A stretch of 64,000 nucleotides of DNA, taken from assembly GCA_038060895.1 (NCBI GenBank), contig JBBTCT010000011.1:32001-96000 (forward strand). The letters are read 5' to 3'. Source of the DNA: Planctomycetota bacterium. Its GTDB lineage: Bacteria; Planctomycetota; MHYJ01; WSZJ01. Under the pieces are notes generated by a model. That model searched no databases. It was not told where the DNA came from and saw only the letters and a list, made by a program, of their open reading frames with translations. This document shows, piece after piece, positions 36,523 to 46,582 of this stretch. A program made the position numbers and the translations under genes. The first letter of the stretch is position 1. The number at the start of each line of letters is the position of its first letter.

Positions 36523-38341
36523 ACGCCGTGGCGGACGCCTGTTCCCTCTCCTCAAACTGCAGCTCATGCAGCTTGGCGTACATTCCCTTCGCCGCGACCA
36601 GCTCACCGTGCTTGCCCTGCTCGATGATCTTCCCGTGGTGGAGGACGACGATCCGGTCGGCGCGCTGGATCGTGGAAAGGCGGTGCGCGATGACGATGCT
36701 CGTGCGCCCCGCCAGCAGGGTCCGCATCGCGTCCTGGATGAGGAGCTCGGTCTCGGTGTCGATGTTGGACGTTGCTTCGTCGAGAATGATGATCCGCGGG
36801 TCGGCGGCCCAGGCGCGCGCGAAGGCGATCAGCTGGCGCTGGCCGGCGCTGAAGGTCGAGCCTCGCTCGGAAACACGCGCGTCGTAAGCGCCCGGAAGGC
36901 TGCGGATGAACGTGTCGGCGTGGACCGCACGCGCGGCCGCCTCGATGCGCTCGCGGCTCATCGTGCGGTCCCCCATCGCGATGTTCTCGGCGACCGTCCC
37001 CGTGAAGAGAAATACGTCCTGCAGCACGATCGCGATCCGCCTGCGCAAGTCGCGCTGCGCGACGTGGCGGACGTCGTGGCCATCGACGAGGACTTTGCCG
37101 AGGCGGACGTCCCAGAATCGGCACAGGAGATTCACGATCGACGTCTTTCCGGAACCCGTCGGGCCGACCAGCGCGACCATCTCCCCGGGCTTCACACGCA
37201 GCGTGATGTCGTGCAGCACGTCGTTCCCGACGTCGTAGGCGAACGTCACGTTTTCGAACGCAATCTCGCCCTTCACGTCCGGAAGAGCGGCCGGCTGCGC
37301 CGGATCCAGCACTTCCGGCTTCTCGTCGAGCACGCCGAAGATCTTCTCGGCCGCGGCCATGGCGCTCTGGAGAACGTTGTATTTTTCCGCGAGTTCGCGA
37401 AGCGGGTGGAACGACAATTCCACGTAGCTGATGAACGCGATCAGCGTCCCGAGCGGGATCGCGTCCTGCATGACTCTTCCCCCGCCGTACCACACGATGA
37501 GGGCGACAGCGGAAGCGCGCATGACGTCGACGAACGGGAAGAAGATGGCGCTGTAGAAGGTGGCGCGGAGCTGGGTGCGGTAGAGGTCGCGGCCGTACTC
37601 GTCGAAGCGGCGGGCGTTTTCCTTTTCGCGGCGGTAGAGCTGGACGACTTTCATGCCGGCGAGGTTTTCGCTGAGGTAGGCGGCGAGGCGCGCGATCTTG
37701 GCGCGGGTGATGCGGTGGATGTGGCTGGCGTAATGGCGGAAGATCCGGCTGGCGATGAGCATGAAGGGCGTGACGGTGAGGGTCACGAGCGTGAGGCGCC
37801 AGTCGAGGGCGAACATGATGCCGAACGCGGCCAGGAGGGTGACGATATCGCCGGCGAGGGCGACGACGCCGGACGTGAGCATTTCGTTGAGCGCGGAGAC
37901 GTCGGAGGTGACGCGCGTCATGAGCCGTCCGACGGGATTCCGCGAGAAGTACGACGAGCTCAGCGTCTGGAGGTGGCGGAACACATCCATGCGCAGGTCG
38001 TGCATTACCCTCTGCCCGATCGTCTGCGTCGCCAGGGTTTCCGAGTAGTGCGTCAGGATCTTCACCATCATGACCGCGAAGAAGGCCGCGGCCAGCCAGT
38101 GGATCCCGGCGAGCCGCGCGCCCAGCTCGAGTTCGGGGTGGTTCATGTACTTGTCCACCGCGAGCTTCGTCAGGAATGGGGCGGCGATGGCCGAGACGCG
38201 GAAGAGGAACAGGAGAGAGGTCGCCGTAAAGAGAAGTCGCTTGTAGCGGAGTACGTACCCGAAAAACCGCCGCGCCAGGCGGGGGTCGAAACCCCGCTTG
38301 ACGTCCTCTTCCATGAACGCGGTGTGCGTCAGTCCCTTCAT
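36521..38341 (-). CDS. ABC exporter half-transporter (MdlB-like)
   Basis: TMD plus NBD: GPTGSGKT, FSAGQRQ, ILDEATS, AHRLST. Confidence 0.93.
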   Translation of the reverse strand: MKGLTHTAFMEEDVKRGFDPRLARRFFGYVLRYKRLLFTATSLLFLFRVSAIAAPFLTKLAVDKYMNHPELELGARLAGIHWLAAAFFAVMMVKILTHYSETLATQTIGQRVMHDLRMDVFRHLQTLSSSYFSRNPVGRLMTRVTSDVSALNEMLTSGVVALAGDIVTLLAAFGIMFALDWRLTLVTLTVTPFMLIASRIFRHYASHIHRITRAKIARLAAYLSENLAGMKVVQLYRREKENARRFDEYGRDLYRTQLRATFYSAIFFPFVDVMRASAVALIVWYGGGRVMQDAIPLGTLIAFISYVELSFHPLRELAEKYNVLQSAMAAAEKIFGVLDEKPEVLDPAQPAALPDVKGEIAFENVTFAYDVGNDVLHDITLRVKPGEMVALVGPTGSGKTSIVNLLCRFWDVRLGKVLVDGHDVRHVAQRDLRRRIAIVLQDVFLFTGTVAENIAMGDRTMSRERIEAAARAVHADTFIRSLPGAYDARVSERGSTFSAGQRQLIAFARAWAADPRIIILDEATSNIDTETELLIQDAMRTLLAGRTSIVIAHRLSTIQRADRIVVLHHGKIIEQGKHGELVAAKGMYAKLHELQFEEREQASATA

Positions 38342-40065
38342 CGCAACGCCTCCTGCAGCTGCTGCTTGCGCCACAGCTCGGCGTAGATTCCCCCGCGGCG
38401 CAGAAGTTCCTCGTGGGTCCCGGTCGCCGCGACGCGCCCCTTGTCGAGCACGACGATCAGGTTTGCGTCCATGACGCTCGACAGCCGGTGGGAGATCACG
38501 AACACGGTCTTCCCCTTTCCGGCCACGCGCAGGTTCGCGACGACGCGCTCTTCCGTCTCGGCATCGACCGAGGAGAACGCGTCGTCGAGCACCAGGATCG
38601 GCGCGTCGGCCGCGAACGCCCTCGCGAGGCAGGCGCGCTGCTTCTGGCCGCCCGAGAGCGTCACGCCGCGCTCGCCCACGATCTGCTCGTACTTCAGGGG
38701 GAAGCGCTGGACGGCCTCGTCGAGGCACGCGGCCCGGGAGGCCGCTTCCACGGCGGCGGCATCGGGCGACTCGAAGGCGAAGCCGACGTTTTCTGCGAGG
38801 GTGTCGGAGAAGAGAAACCCGTCCTGCGGGACAAAGGCGATGAGGCGGCGGAGGGCAGCGGCGGAAATGTCGCGGACGTCGCGGCCCCCGATGAACACGG
38901 CGCCGCGCGGCGGCTCGTAGAGGCGCGGGAGGAGCTGGACAAGGGTTGTCTTGCCGCTTCCGGTCCTGCCGACTACGGCGACCTTGGAGCCGGCGGGGAC
39001 GGAGAAGGAAACGTGCTCGAGCGCATCGGGGCGTCCCTCGCCGAAACTGAACGTGAGGTCGCGGAATTCGATCGCGCCCGGCGCCGCATCGCCCGCCGGC
39101 GCATCCTCGGGGTCCGGGCGCAGCAGGATCTGGTTGAGGCGTTCCATGGAAGCGATGCCGCGCTGGTAAAGGGAGAGGGTCCAGCCGAGGCCGACCATGG
39201 GGCCCGTGAGCCATCCCAGGTACCAGGTGTAACGGACGAAATCGCCGACGGTGAGGTCGCCGCGGACGACGCCGGAGCCGCCGATCCAGAGGACGAGGAG
39301 CGTCCCGGTTTCGAGGACGATGGTGAAGACGGGGAAGAACACGGCCTGGATTCGTGCGAGGCGGAGGCTGAGCGAGACCTGGACGTCGGAGAGTTCCTCG
39401 AAGCGCTCGACCTCGACGGCCTCCGTCGCGTACGCCTTGACGACGCGGATGCCGTTGAGATTCTCGATCACGCGGGCGGTGAGATCGCCGTACTGCTCCT
39501 GGACGGCGCGCGAGCGGCGGTGGGTCTCCATGAAGATGCGCCAGCAGATGACCGCGAGAAACGGGAGGGGCAGCGTGGTGTAGAGCGTGAGACGCGGGTT
39601 CAGCCAGATGAGGATCGGGAACGTCGTGACCACGATCGTCAGGGTGTCAAACAGGGTCAGCAACCCCATCCCGAAGAACATCCGCACCTGGTCGATGTCG
39701 CTGGTCGCGCGGGACATGAGGTCCCCGATGGTCGTGCGGTCGAAAAACGCGGGCGGCAGCTTGACGGACTTCGCGAAGAATTCGTTCCGAAGATCAAGTT
39801 CGACCCGGCGGGAGAAATCCCACGCGATGCGGCGCCACGTGAAGCGCATGCAGGCTCGGCAGATTTCGACGCCGACCACGGCGAGCGCGAAGATCGCGAT
39901 CGTGCGCCCTTCGGATCCTCCCTTGCGCAGGTAATCGACCGCATCACCGAGGACCCACGGCGGCACGAGCCCGATGAGATCGACGATGACAATGGAAACG
40001 ACCACTCCGAAAACCCAGCCTTTGTAACGGGCGAGGCGGGCGGCAAAAAGGGAGAGGCCTTTCAT
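38338..40065 (-). CDS. ABC exporter half-transporter (MdlA-like), degenerate Walker B
   Basis: GDLMSRATSD, GRTGSGKT, LSGGQKQR, LDDAFS, SHRLS. Typical heterodimer pair with the adjacent gene. Confidence 0.93.
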   Translation of the reverse strand: MKGLSLFAARLARYKGWVFGVVVSIVIVDLIGLVPPWVLGDAVDYLRKGGSEGRTIAIFALAVVGVEICRACMRFTWRRIAWDFSRRVELDLRNEFFAKSVKLPPAFFDRTTIGDLMSRATSDIDQVRMFFGMGLLTLFDTLTIVVTTFPILIWLNPRLTLYTTLPLPFLAVICWRIFMETHRRSRAVQEQYGDLTARVIENLNGIRVVKAYATEAVEVERFEELSDVQVSLSLRLARIQAVFFPVFTIVLETGTLLVLWIGGSGVVRGDLTVGDFVRYTWYLGWLTGPMVGLGWTLSLYQRGIASMERLNQILLRPDPEDAPAGDAAPGAIEFRDLTFSFGEGRPDALEHVSFSVPAGSKVAVVGRTGSGKTTLVQLLPRLYEPPRGAVFIGGRDVRDISAAALRRLIAFVPQDGFLFSDTLAENVGFAFESPDAAAVEAASRAACLDEAVQRFPLKYEQIVGERGVTLSGGQKQRACLARAFAADAPILVLDDAFSSVDAETEERVVANLRVAGKGKTVFVISHRLSSVMDANLIVVLDKGRVAATGTHEELLRRGGIYAELWRKQQLQEALR

Positions 40066-40120
40066 GGGACGGGGATTATACGGTTCCCGGCAAGTGACGG
40101 GCGGCCGGGACGCCCGCGCT

Positions 40121-40546
40121 TCATGCGCCCTCGACGCTCACCTCGTCCCCGATGAGGACCGTTCCCGCCTCGACGACCCTCGCCAGCACGCCGCGCTTCC
40201 CGATCGTCGCCTCGCGGAGTCCCGGGCGGATCGAGTCCATGAATCCGCAGGGCTCGCAGGGGCCGGTGATCTCCAGAACGGCCGTGCCCAGGCGGACGCG
40301 CGATCCCCCGGGCAGGTCCTGTATTGCAATGCCGCGTGTCGTGACATTCTCCTTCGCGCGCCCCGGCTCGATCCCGAACGAGTCGAGCGTCTCTGCGTCG
40401 ATCAGCAGCACCTGCCGTTTCTTCCCCGGCCGCGCATGCAGGCAGCCCTCGAAGCCGTGGTTGGCGACCGCCCGCGCTCGCGGCACGCCGGTCATCGGCG
40501 CCGCCGCGCGCTCCTGGATCCAGAGATTCACCACCGCGCCCCTCAT
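40121..40546 (-). CDS. MOSC domain protein
   Basis: RQVLLI, ENVTTRG, LEITGPCEPC, RGVLARV...GDEV. Confidence 0.85.
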   Translation of the reverse strand: MRGAVVNLWIQERAAAPMTGVPRARAVANHGFEGCLHARPGKKRQVLLIDAETLDSFGIEPGRAKENVTTRGIAIQDLPGGSRVRLGTAVLEITGPCEPCGFMDSIRPGLREATIGKRGVLARVVEAGTVLIGDEVSVEGA

Positions 40547-41667
40547 TTCGGCCCGACCTCCTCGTCTCTGTCGATCGCTTCCTTGTGCTCCTGCACCCAT
40601 TTTTTCACGCCCTCCACCCTCGCGGCGAATTCGACCGGGCAGGACTTCCCGAGAAGATGCCGAAGCGTCAACGCCGCTTCCATTTCGCCGCCCTCCATTT
40701 TCTCGAGGAGCCAGGGGACGTCTCCTGCGCGCCCGATGCGCCAGAGCCCGGCGCAGACGCCCGCGGTGTAGCCCTCGGTGTCGCGGAGTTTCCTGAGAAG
40801 CGGGAGGACGCGTTCGTCCCTCTGGCGCGAGAGGGCGATGACGACGGCGGGACGGTTCAACTCCGCGCAATGCGCCTGCTCGGCGATCAGGAGATCCACG
40901 ACTTCCTTCGACTTGATCCACGAGAGGGCGCGGTAGACCTCGAAGCGGCGGAAAGCGACGGGGGAAGCGAGGTAGCGTTCGGCGGCTTTCACGTCCGCGG
41001 GTTCACCAAGCCGGAGGATTCCCTGCGTGCCGAAGAAGAAGGCCTGGGGGGAGGTTCGCGTCACCCACTCCTCGTACAGGGGCCGGAAGACGGCGGACTG
41101 GGCGTGCGCGGCGGCCATGAGGTAGACGGTCCTGCGATCCTCAGGTGCGTCCGACTTGCACATCTCGACGAGGATCGCGTGCCCGGCCGGGTTTCCGGCA
41201 AGCGACATCAGCGCGTGCATGTTGCCTTCACGCGCCTGGGCCTCGAGGCGCTTCGCGAGGACCTCGCTGGAAGCGCGCAGCCCCGCGGCGAGGGCAGCGC
41301 AGGCCTCCGGGGCCAGTTCGGTCCGGCCCTCCAGCCACGCCGCGGCCTGCTCCTGGAACTCGCGCCCTTCGACTTCCCTCTCGATGAGGAAGGTCAGGTA
41401 GAACATCCACGGGTCTCGCACTGCGGCGCCGGCACGGCCCTCCAGCGCGACGCGCCACGGCTCGAACACCGGGGCCTCCTGCGCGAACATCAGGTCCTCC
41501 AGCGTTTTCTTCACGAGTTGCGGCACGCCGGATTTCAACGACCTGGCGGCCTGGTCGCGTCCTCCGGGAATGTCTTCGGGAAGCGAACTTGCGACGTCGG
41601 CTTCCTCACCCATGGCCAGGGAGGACGCGAGAAGAAGGGTCGCGGCGGCTCGAATAATGTGGCTCAT
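40543..41667 (-). CDS. Exported HEAT/ARM-like hypothetical protein
   Basis: Signal peptide and helical repeats such as DERVLPLLRKL and DVPWLLEKM. Confidence 0.65.
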   Translation of the reverse strand: MSHIIRAAATLLLASSLAMGEEADVASSLPEDIPGGRDQAARSLKSGVPQLVKKTLEDLMFAQEAPVFEPWRVALEGRAGAAVRDPWMFYLTFLIEREVEGREFQEQAAAWLEGRTELAPEACAALAAGLRASSEVLAKRLEAQAREGNMHALMSLAGNPAGHAILVEMCKSDAPEDRRTVYLMAAAHAQSAVFRPLYEEWVTRTSPQAFFFGTQGILRLGEPADVKAAERYLASPVAFRRFEVYRALSWIKSKEVVDLLIAEQAHCAELNRPAVVIALSRQRDERVLPLLRKLRDTEGYTAGVCAGLWRIGRAGDVPWLLEKMEGGEMEAALTLRHLLGKSCPVEFAARVEGVKKWVQEHKEAIDRDEEVGPK

Positions 41668-41694
41668 ACGCCGAAAGTATAGCGCGGGTTTCGG

Positions 41695-43344
41695 CTACTT
41701 CTTCTTCGTGGACGACCACTTCAGAAGCGCGTGGTCGTGGCCTTCCGACGATCCCAGGAAGCTCATCTGCCCGGTGACAAGTTCGGGGACGCCGTCGCCG
41801 TCCAGGTCGCCGGCGGCGAGCGTGATGAAGCGGGTCGGCGAGGGGATGTCGTGGCGGGTGAACTTCATTTTTCCGTCGTTCTCGTACCAGATCAGGCCGG
41901 TCTCCCCCGAGTCCGCCCACATGCCGAAGAGAATGCCGGCGGCGACGTCCATGTCCCCGTCGCCGTCGAGATCGGTGGCGACGGCGCGGAAAGGACCGTA
42001 GCAGCGGCCGATGTCGTGGTAAGCGAACTCGAGCTTTCCCTGGTTTTCCAGCCACTGCACGCCGTGGTACGGCCAGGGCATCGCGCAGGGGTCGCTGAGC
42101 GCGTCGCCGTTTGTGAAGAGCACGTCGAGATCGCCATCGAGATCAAGGTCGGTGAGCTGGAGGCCCGAGGAGCCAAACAGCGGATTGCGCGCTTCGAAGA
42201 TGGTCTTCGCTTCGAACTTTCCGCCCTTGTTCATGTAAAGCATGACCGATTCCGATTCCTGGGCGACGAGGGCGACGAAATCGGGGCGGCCGTCGCCATC
42301 GAAATCGGCCACCGGCACATGGATGGCGCCGGAGCGGTCCGCGATGATCACGTGCTCCCATTTCGCGCCGTCGTTTCGCAGCCACCCGATGGATCCGCGC
42401 CTGCCCCCTCCGAACGCGCCGACGATCAGGTCACGGTCACCGTCCCCGTCCACGTCCGCCGGCTGCACGTCGGTCACGCGCGGCAGTCCCTTTGCCAGCT
42501 CCCGTTTCTCCCAGCCTTTCTCCCGGTTGTTCACGAGGAGCAGAACATAGCCGACAAGGCCCTCGTTTTCCTGCATGCTGCCGAGCCCCGCCACGGCGAT
42601 GTCGGTGTCGCCGTCGGCGTCGGCGTCGAAGACCGCAGTCTGCACCGGAGCTTCGCAGGACGCGATGGCCTCCTCCGTCCAACCGGAGGTCCCAAGCCGG
42701 AGGATCGAGACCGACTTGAGAAGTTCGTCGCAGACAAGCACCTCCGGCCGGCCGTCGCCGTCCACGTTGGCCACGTTCACGTTCGTCACGCGCGAAATCT
42801 CGCGCTTCAGGCCCCCGAACGCCTCATTCCGGAACTCGAGCTTCCCCGCATCGGTGGCGGCGGGCAACCGCGCAAGATCCACGGGCGCGCTGCTGACGTA
42901 GTACGCCTGGATCTCGTGCAGAAGCGCATCGTCGGGCCGTTTTCCGGAAGTCAGGAAAATCTTCCTCATTTCGAGAAGGACCCTGGGCCACTCACCCCTG
43001 ACGATCACGTCCGGAGCGGGGGCCACATGGCACCTGCTGCACGTTGCCTCCAATCCCGGGGGACCCTTTTCCAGGAACGCAGTCAGATCGTCGCCGAAGC
43101 GCCACCCGCGCGCGCCGGGAGGATGGTCCGGTGCGGGGTCCGGCGGTGCGGCAACCGGTTCTTCGGGAGGCCTGGCCGGCGGTTCTGCGGGCGGGACCTC
43201 CGCAAGCGCAGGAGCCGGCACCGGGCCCGGCGCCGTCGGTCCCGCCGGGCGCCTTTCACACGCGACAAATGCAGCCAGAGCCAGGATCGCCGATGCGGCG
43301 AACGTACGGGAACGGCCTACGGCGGCTCGGCGAGAATCGCGCAT
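41695..43344 (-). CDS. Lipoprotein with a CxxCH motif and FG-GAP/VCBS beta-propeller repeats
   Basis: FVAC lipobox-like signal, CSRCH, and about seven D(L/V/F)DGDGD.D repeats. Confidence 0.85.
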   Translation of the reverse strand: MRDSRRAAVGRSRTFAASAILALAAFVACERRPAGPTAPGPVPAPALAEVPPAEPPARPPEEPVAAPPDPAPDHPPGARGWRFGDDLTAFLEKGPPGLEATCSRCHVAPAPDVIVRGEWPRVLLEMRKIFLTSGKRPDDALLHEIQAYYVSSAPVDLARLPAATDAGKLEFRNEAFGGLKREISRVTNVNVANVDGDGRPEVLVCDELLKSVSILRLGTSGWTEEAIASCEAPVQTAVFDADADGDTDIAVAGLGSMQENEGLVGYVLLLVNNREKGWEKRELAKGLPRVTDVQPADVDGDGDRDLIVGAFGGGRRGSIGWLRNDGAKWEHVIIADRSGAIHVPVADFDGDGRPDFVALVAQESESVMLYMNKGGKFEAKTIFEARNPLFGSSGLQLTDLDLDGDLDVLFTNGDALSDPCAMPWPYHGVQWLENQGKLEFAYHDIGRCYGPFRAVATDLDGDGDMDVAAGILFGMWADSGETGLIWYENDGKMKFTRHDIPSPTRFITLAAGDLDGDGVPELVTGQMSFLGSSEGHDHALLKWSSTKKK

Positions 43345-43913
43345 GCAATGAAAGTATAGCGCGGGGTTGAGGAATTCGGGACCGCGGAGACGTCTTCTTC
43401 CCAGGAGTGATAGCCGAAGGGCACTCCCGGCAGCTCAAGCGGGTCGGCGGCCTCGAAGTTCTTCTCGCACCACTCGCCGTGCACCACGCCCTCCTCGGCG
43501 TCCACGAGCGGGAGTCCCATGAAGCGGCACGTGCTCGGGCGGTCCAGGTAGATGCGGCACTTCCCCCCCGGGTCAAGAAGCGGGCATGGGACAGGCCCGA
43601 GGCGTTCCGTCAAGGCGTCGATTGCGGTTTCGGGCATTCCATCCAGCTCGTAAGGCGGCTTCAGCCCCAGAACTTCCACCTGCTTGCGCGCCAGTTCGCG
43701 CACGACGGCCCGCTCGCTCGCCGGCAACCCGCGATACGCCGCACGGACCAGCTCCACGTCGTGCGGGCCGATGTCGAACGCGCCGTGGCAGCAGTCGGAA
43801 CACCCCGAACCGCACTTCATGTGCCGCCCGTGCCGCGCCTGCACCGAGCGAAACCAGGCGTCCACTTCCGAAAGAAGTTTCCGGTACGCGTCGAGCGCGC
43901 GGTGCGGGGTCAT
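43317..43913 (-). CDS. YkgJ-family (CxxCxxCC) cysteine-cluster protein
   Basis: CGSGCSDCC, CPLL...CRIYLDRP.TCR. Confidence 0.85.
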   Translation of the reverse strand: MTPHRALDAYRKLLSEVDAWFRSVQARHGRHMKCGSGCSDCCHGAFDIGPHDVELVRAAYRGLPASERAVVRELARKQVEVLGLKPPYELDGMPETAIDALTERLGPVPCPLLDPGGKCRIYLDRPSTCRFMGLPLVDAEEGVVHGEWCEKNFEAADPLELPGVPFGYHSWEEDVSAVPNSSTPRYTFIACAILAEPP

Positions 43914-45244
43914 TACAGCAGCGACAGCAGCAGGGCGAGCGCGAGAAGCGCGAACAGGCCGGCGATCCAGAGGATCCGGGGGTCCTTGAGAAGCATGGCC
44001 AGCGGCTTGACATCCGGGACATCGTCCGGAGCGACGTTGGCCACCGCGGCCGCAACGGGCGAAGGCGCCGTGAGAACGGCGACGGCGGGACGAATCGACC
44101 CTTCAGCCGGATTCGGCAGCGCGTCCACCGACGCATCCATGCGCGTCGAGGGTGTGACGGACGTCCCGTTCCGCGGCGGTGAGGGCGCGTCCAGCGCGGA
44201 CGGCCGGATCCCGGATCCTGCGGATTCGCCGACCTGCGGACGGATCCCCGAGCCAGGCTTCGCGGCGCCGGCTGTTCCCCCCGGAACCGGGCGCGAGATC
44301 CCGGGCCGAACCACCGACATGAACCCCTCGCGCAGCTCCTCCACCGACTGGTACCGCATTTTCGGAAACGCCGCCGTCGCCCGCTTGACCACCGCATCCA
44401 GCGGTTTCCCGAGCGGGTTGAGTTCGCCGGGAAGCGTGTGCCCGCAGTACACCTCGTTGCAGACCATCTCCTGCAGCATCATCCCCAGCGCAAAAATGTC
44501 CGTCCGCTCGTCCGTCGGCTCCCCTTTCTTCTGCTCAGGCGCCATGTACGCCTCGGTCCCCAGCAGCTTTCGCTTCGATTTCAGCTGCACCGACGTCGAG
44601 AGAATCCGGTCGAGCTTCTTCTCCTCCCGCCCCAGCCCGAAGTCCACGATGCGCGCGACCTGGTCCGCGATGAGCACGTTGTGGGGCTTCAGGTCGGCAT
44701 GCACCACCGGCGGCGACTGCGCGTGCGCGTACGTCACGCCGTCGAGCACCTGCAGAAAAATCTTTTCGATGAACGCGAGCGGGAAAAACTCCCCCGCCGT
44801 CCGGTTGCGCTTCACGAGCGAATAAAGCGAAGTCCCGTCCACGTACTCGAGAACGATGTGGGGCGGAAGCGCCTTGAGGTTGATGTCGATGGTGCGGACG
44901 ATGTTCGGGTGGTTCAGGCGGCGGAGCTGCATTCCTTCGTTGAGCAGCTCCCGCACAGCCCCCGTATCGTGCGGGATCTTGATCGCGACCGGGAGCCCCT
45001 GGTCCTTCCTGGCGCACCAGACCTGCGCGAACCCGCCGCGCCCGACCAGTTTCTCCAGGATGTATTCGCCGACCTCGTCCCCAGGCTCGAAGTCGTCCTT
45101 CATTTCGCTGGCGCCCGGCAGGTTGATCTCGATCCGAGGGGCTTCCAGCGGCCCCTTGCATTTGGGGCAATCCCCCAGCCGCCCCGCGTCTTCCTCGCGG
45201 AGCTTGATCTTCTGGTTGCAGGTGGGGCAGCGGAATCGAATCAC
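43913..45244 (-). CDS. Membrane Ser/Thr protein kinase with N-terminal zinc ribbon
   Basis: CPTC...CPKC, GRGGFA, VAIK, HADLKPHN, DFG, YMAPE, DIFALG, and a C-terminal TM helix. GTG 45244 is the likely start. Confidence 0.9.
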   Translation of the reverse strand: MIRFRCPTCNQKIKLREEDAGRLGDCPKCKGPLEAPRIEINLPGASEMKDDFEPGDEVGEYILEKLVGRGGFAQVWCARKDQGLPVAIKIPHDTGAVRELLNEGMQLRRLNHPNIVRTIDINLKALPPHIVLEYVDGTSLYSLVKRNRTAGEFFPLAFIEKIFLQVLDGVTYAHAQSPPVVHADLKPHNVLIADQVARIVDFGLGREEKKLDRILSTSVQLKSKRKLLGTEAYMAPEQKKGEPTDERTDIFALGMMLQEMVCNEVYCGHTLPGELNPLGKPLDAVVKRATAAFPKMRYQSVEELREGFMSVVRPGISRPVPGGTAGAAKPGSGIRPQVGESAGSGIRPSALDAPSPPRNGTSVTPSTRMDASVDALPNPAEGSIRPAVAVLTAPSPVAAAVANVAPDDVPDVKPLAMLLKDPRILWIAGLFALLALALLLSLL

Positions 45245-45300
45245 GAGGGAGAGATGATAGGGGAAGCGGAGGGAGTTGCCCAAGGGTGATCGGGCAGTTT

Positions 45301-45367
45301 CCCTTGCCCTTGCCCTTGCCCACCGCCGTCACACCGAGCGCACGGAGCTCACGGAAACCCCGGAGCA
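45301..45367. repeat. Intergenic hexamer (CCCTTG x3) plus nonamer (CACGGAGnn-like x4) repeats
   Basis: Read directly from the sequence. Confidence 0.65.
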
Positions 45368-45377
45368 AGACCCTTTG

Positions 45378-46577
45378 CTACTTCCACCCCGCCTCGACTC
45401 GCTTCCAGGCAACCGACCACTCCTCCTTCGCCGACAACCTCCCCCGGACCAGCGCCCGCAGCGCTCCTTCCACCGCCTCCCGGACCACCCCATCCTCGTC
45501 CCTGAGACCATAAGCCATCAGATGTTCCACCACACGCCGCTCGCGCACCCCTCCCAGCGCCCTTGCCGCCGCCGCCCGATTCGGCGCATCCCCCGTTTCG
45601 ATCAACGCTGCCAGCAGCCACTCCGTCCGGGACCGGTCCCCGTTCGCCGCCCACCACGCCGTCCATTCCTTCCGCCCGCGCGGTCGCAGCCCCGTCGCCG
45701 CGGCCAGCGATCGCAGCGCTTCTTCTTCGACGACGCCAGCCGCCTCGCATTCCGCCAGTGCCGACACCGCTTCGCGATCCGGCACTGCAAGCGAGCGCGC
45801 CGCGGCGGCGCGAAGCGGGTTTGCAGGGTCGCGGTACGAGGTGATCCGCCAGTCAACGATGGTCCCCGGCGTCTTCGCCCATTCCCGCCACCCCGCGTCG
45901 TCCATGCGCCGGCACGCCAGGGCCTCGAGTCTCCCGCGCGCCGCCGCCCGCACCGGCTCGAACTCAGAGCCCAGCGCCTTGAAAAGCGGCGAAACGGATT
46001 CAGGCGCGTCGGGGAGCGCGCGCAAGGCGTCCGCCGCAGTGCGCGGCGTCGCGTCCCGCGCGAGAATTGCGGCGAGGAAGGCGAAACGGTCTCCCTTCGA
46101 GGCGGCGAACGCTTCCGCGAGAATCGCCGGATCGGCGCGGACGCCCGAAACGCGCTGCATGGCGGCGCCGGCGGCTTCGCGAACACCGGCCGCATCATGA
46201 CGCAACGCGTCAACGAGGTGGGGCATTGCCTTGAAACCGCAGCGGCCCAGGGCACGCGTCGAGGCGCCCGCGATCCGCGAGTCCTGCGCGAGCGAGAGTT
46301 CTCCCAGCAGCACGAACTGGTCCTCGCGCGCGAACCCCCCGAGGGCCGAGATTGCGGCGACCCTCAGCTCGATTTCGCCCGCGCCCGCCGCCTCGCGCAG
46401 CGCGGGAATCCCGTCCTCCGCGCGCAGATCCCCGAGCTTCTCGATCGCTTCGATCCGCTCCGGAAGCGTCCCGGATCGAGCCTTCGCAATCAGCGCCTGG
46501 TTCCCGGGCTCGCCGCCCAGGGCCTGCGAAGCGAGCAACGCCGCAGCAATAATGGAATTGCGGAGCGAAGGGCCCAC
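45378..46577 (-). CDS. Exported HEAT-repeat protein
   Basis: Signal peptide, R..A...LG repeats, and W..WW-type capping motifs. Confidence 0.8.
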   Translation of the reverse strand: MGPSLRNSIIAAALLASQALGGEPGNQALIAKARSGTLPERIEAIEKLGDLRAEDGIPALREAAGAGEIELRVAAISALGGFAREDQFVLLGELSLAQDSRIAGASTRALGRCGFKAMPHLVDALRHDAAGVREAAGAAMQRVSGVRADPAILAEAFAASKGDRFAFLAAILARDATPRTAADALRALPDAPESVSPLFKALGSEFEPVRAAARGRLEALACRRMDDAGWREWAKTPGTIVDWRITSYRDPANPLRAAAARSLAVPDREAVSALAECEAAGVVEEEALRSLAAATGLRPRGRKEWTAWWAANGDRSRTEWLLAALIETGDAPNRAAAARALGGVRERRVVEHLMAYGLRDEDGVVREAVEGALRALVRGRLSAKEEWSVAWKRVEAGWK

Positions 46578-46582
46578 GCCGG

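Noticed and set aside
34256-38386. Very long antisense ORFs (e.g. 34256..38386 +, 46797..50774 +, 30038..32830 +, 6706..8265 +)
   Set aside because: These are shadow frames of real genes, expected from high-GC codon bias. They contain no recognisable motifs.
38330-40065. Both ABC half-transporters start MKGL
   Set aside because: Only four residues match and the codons differ, so this is probably coincidence.
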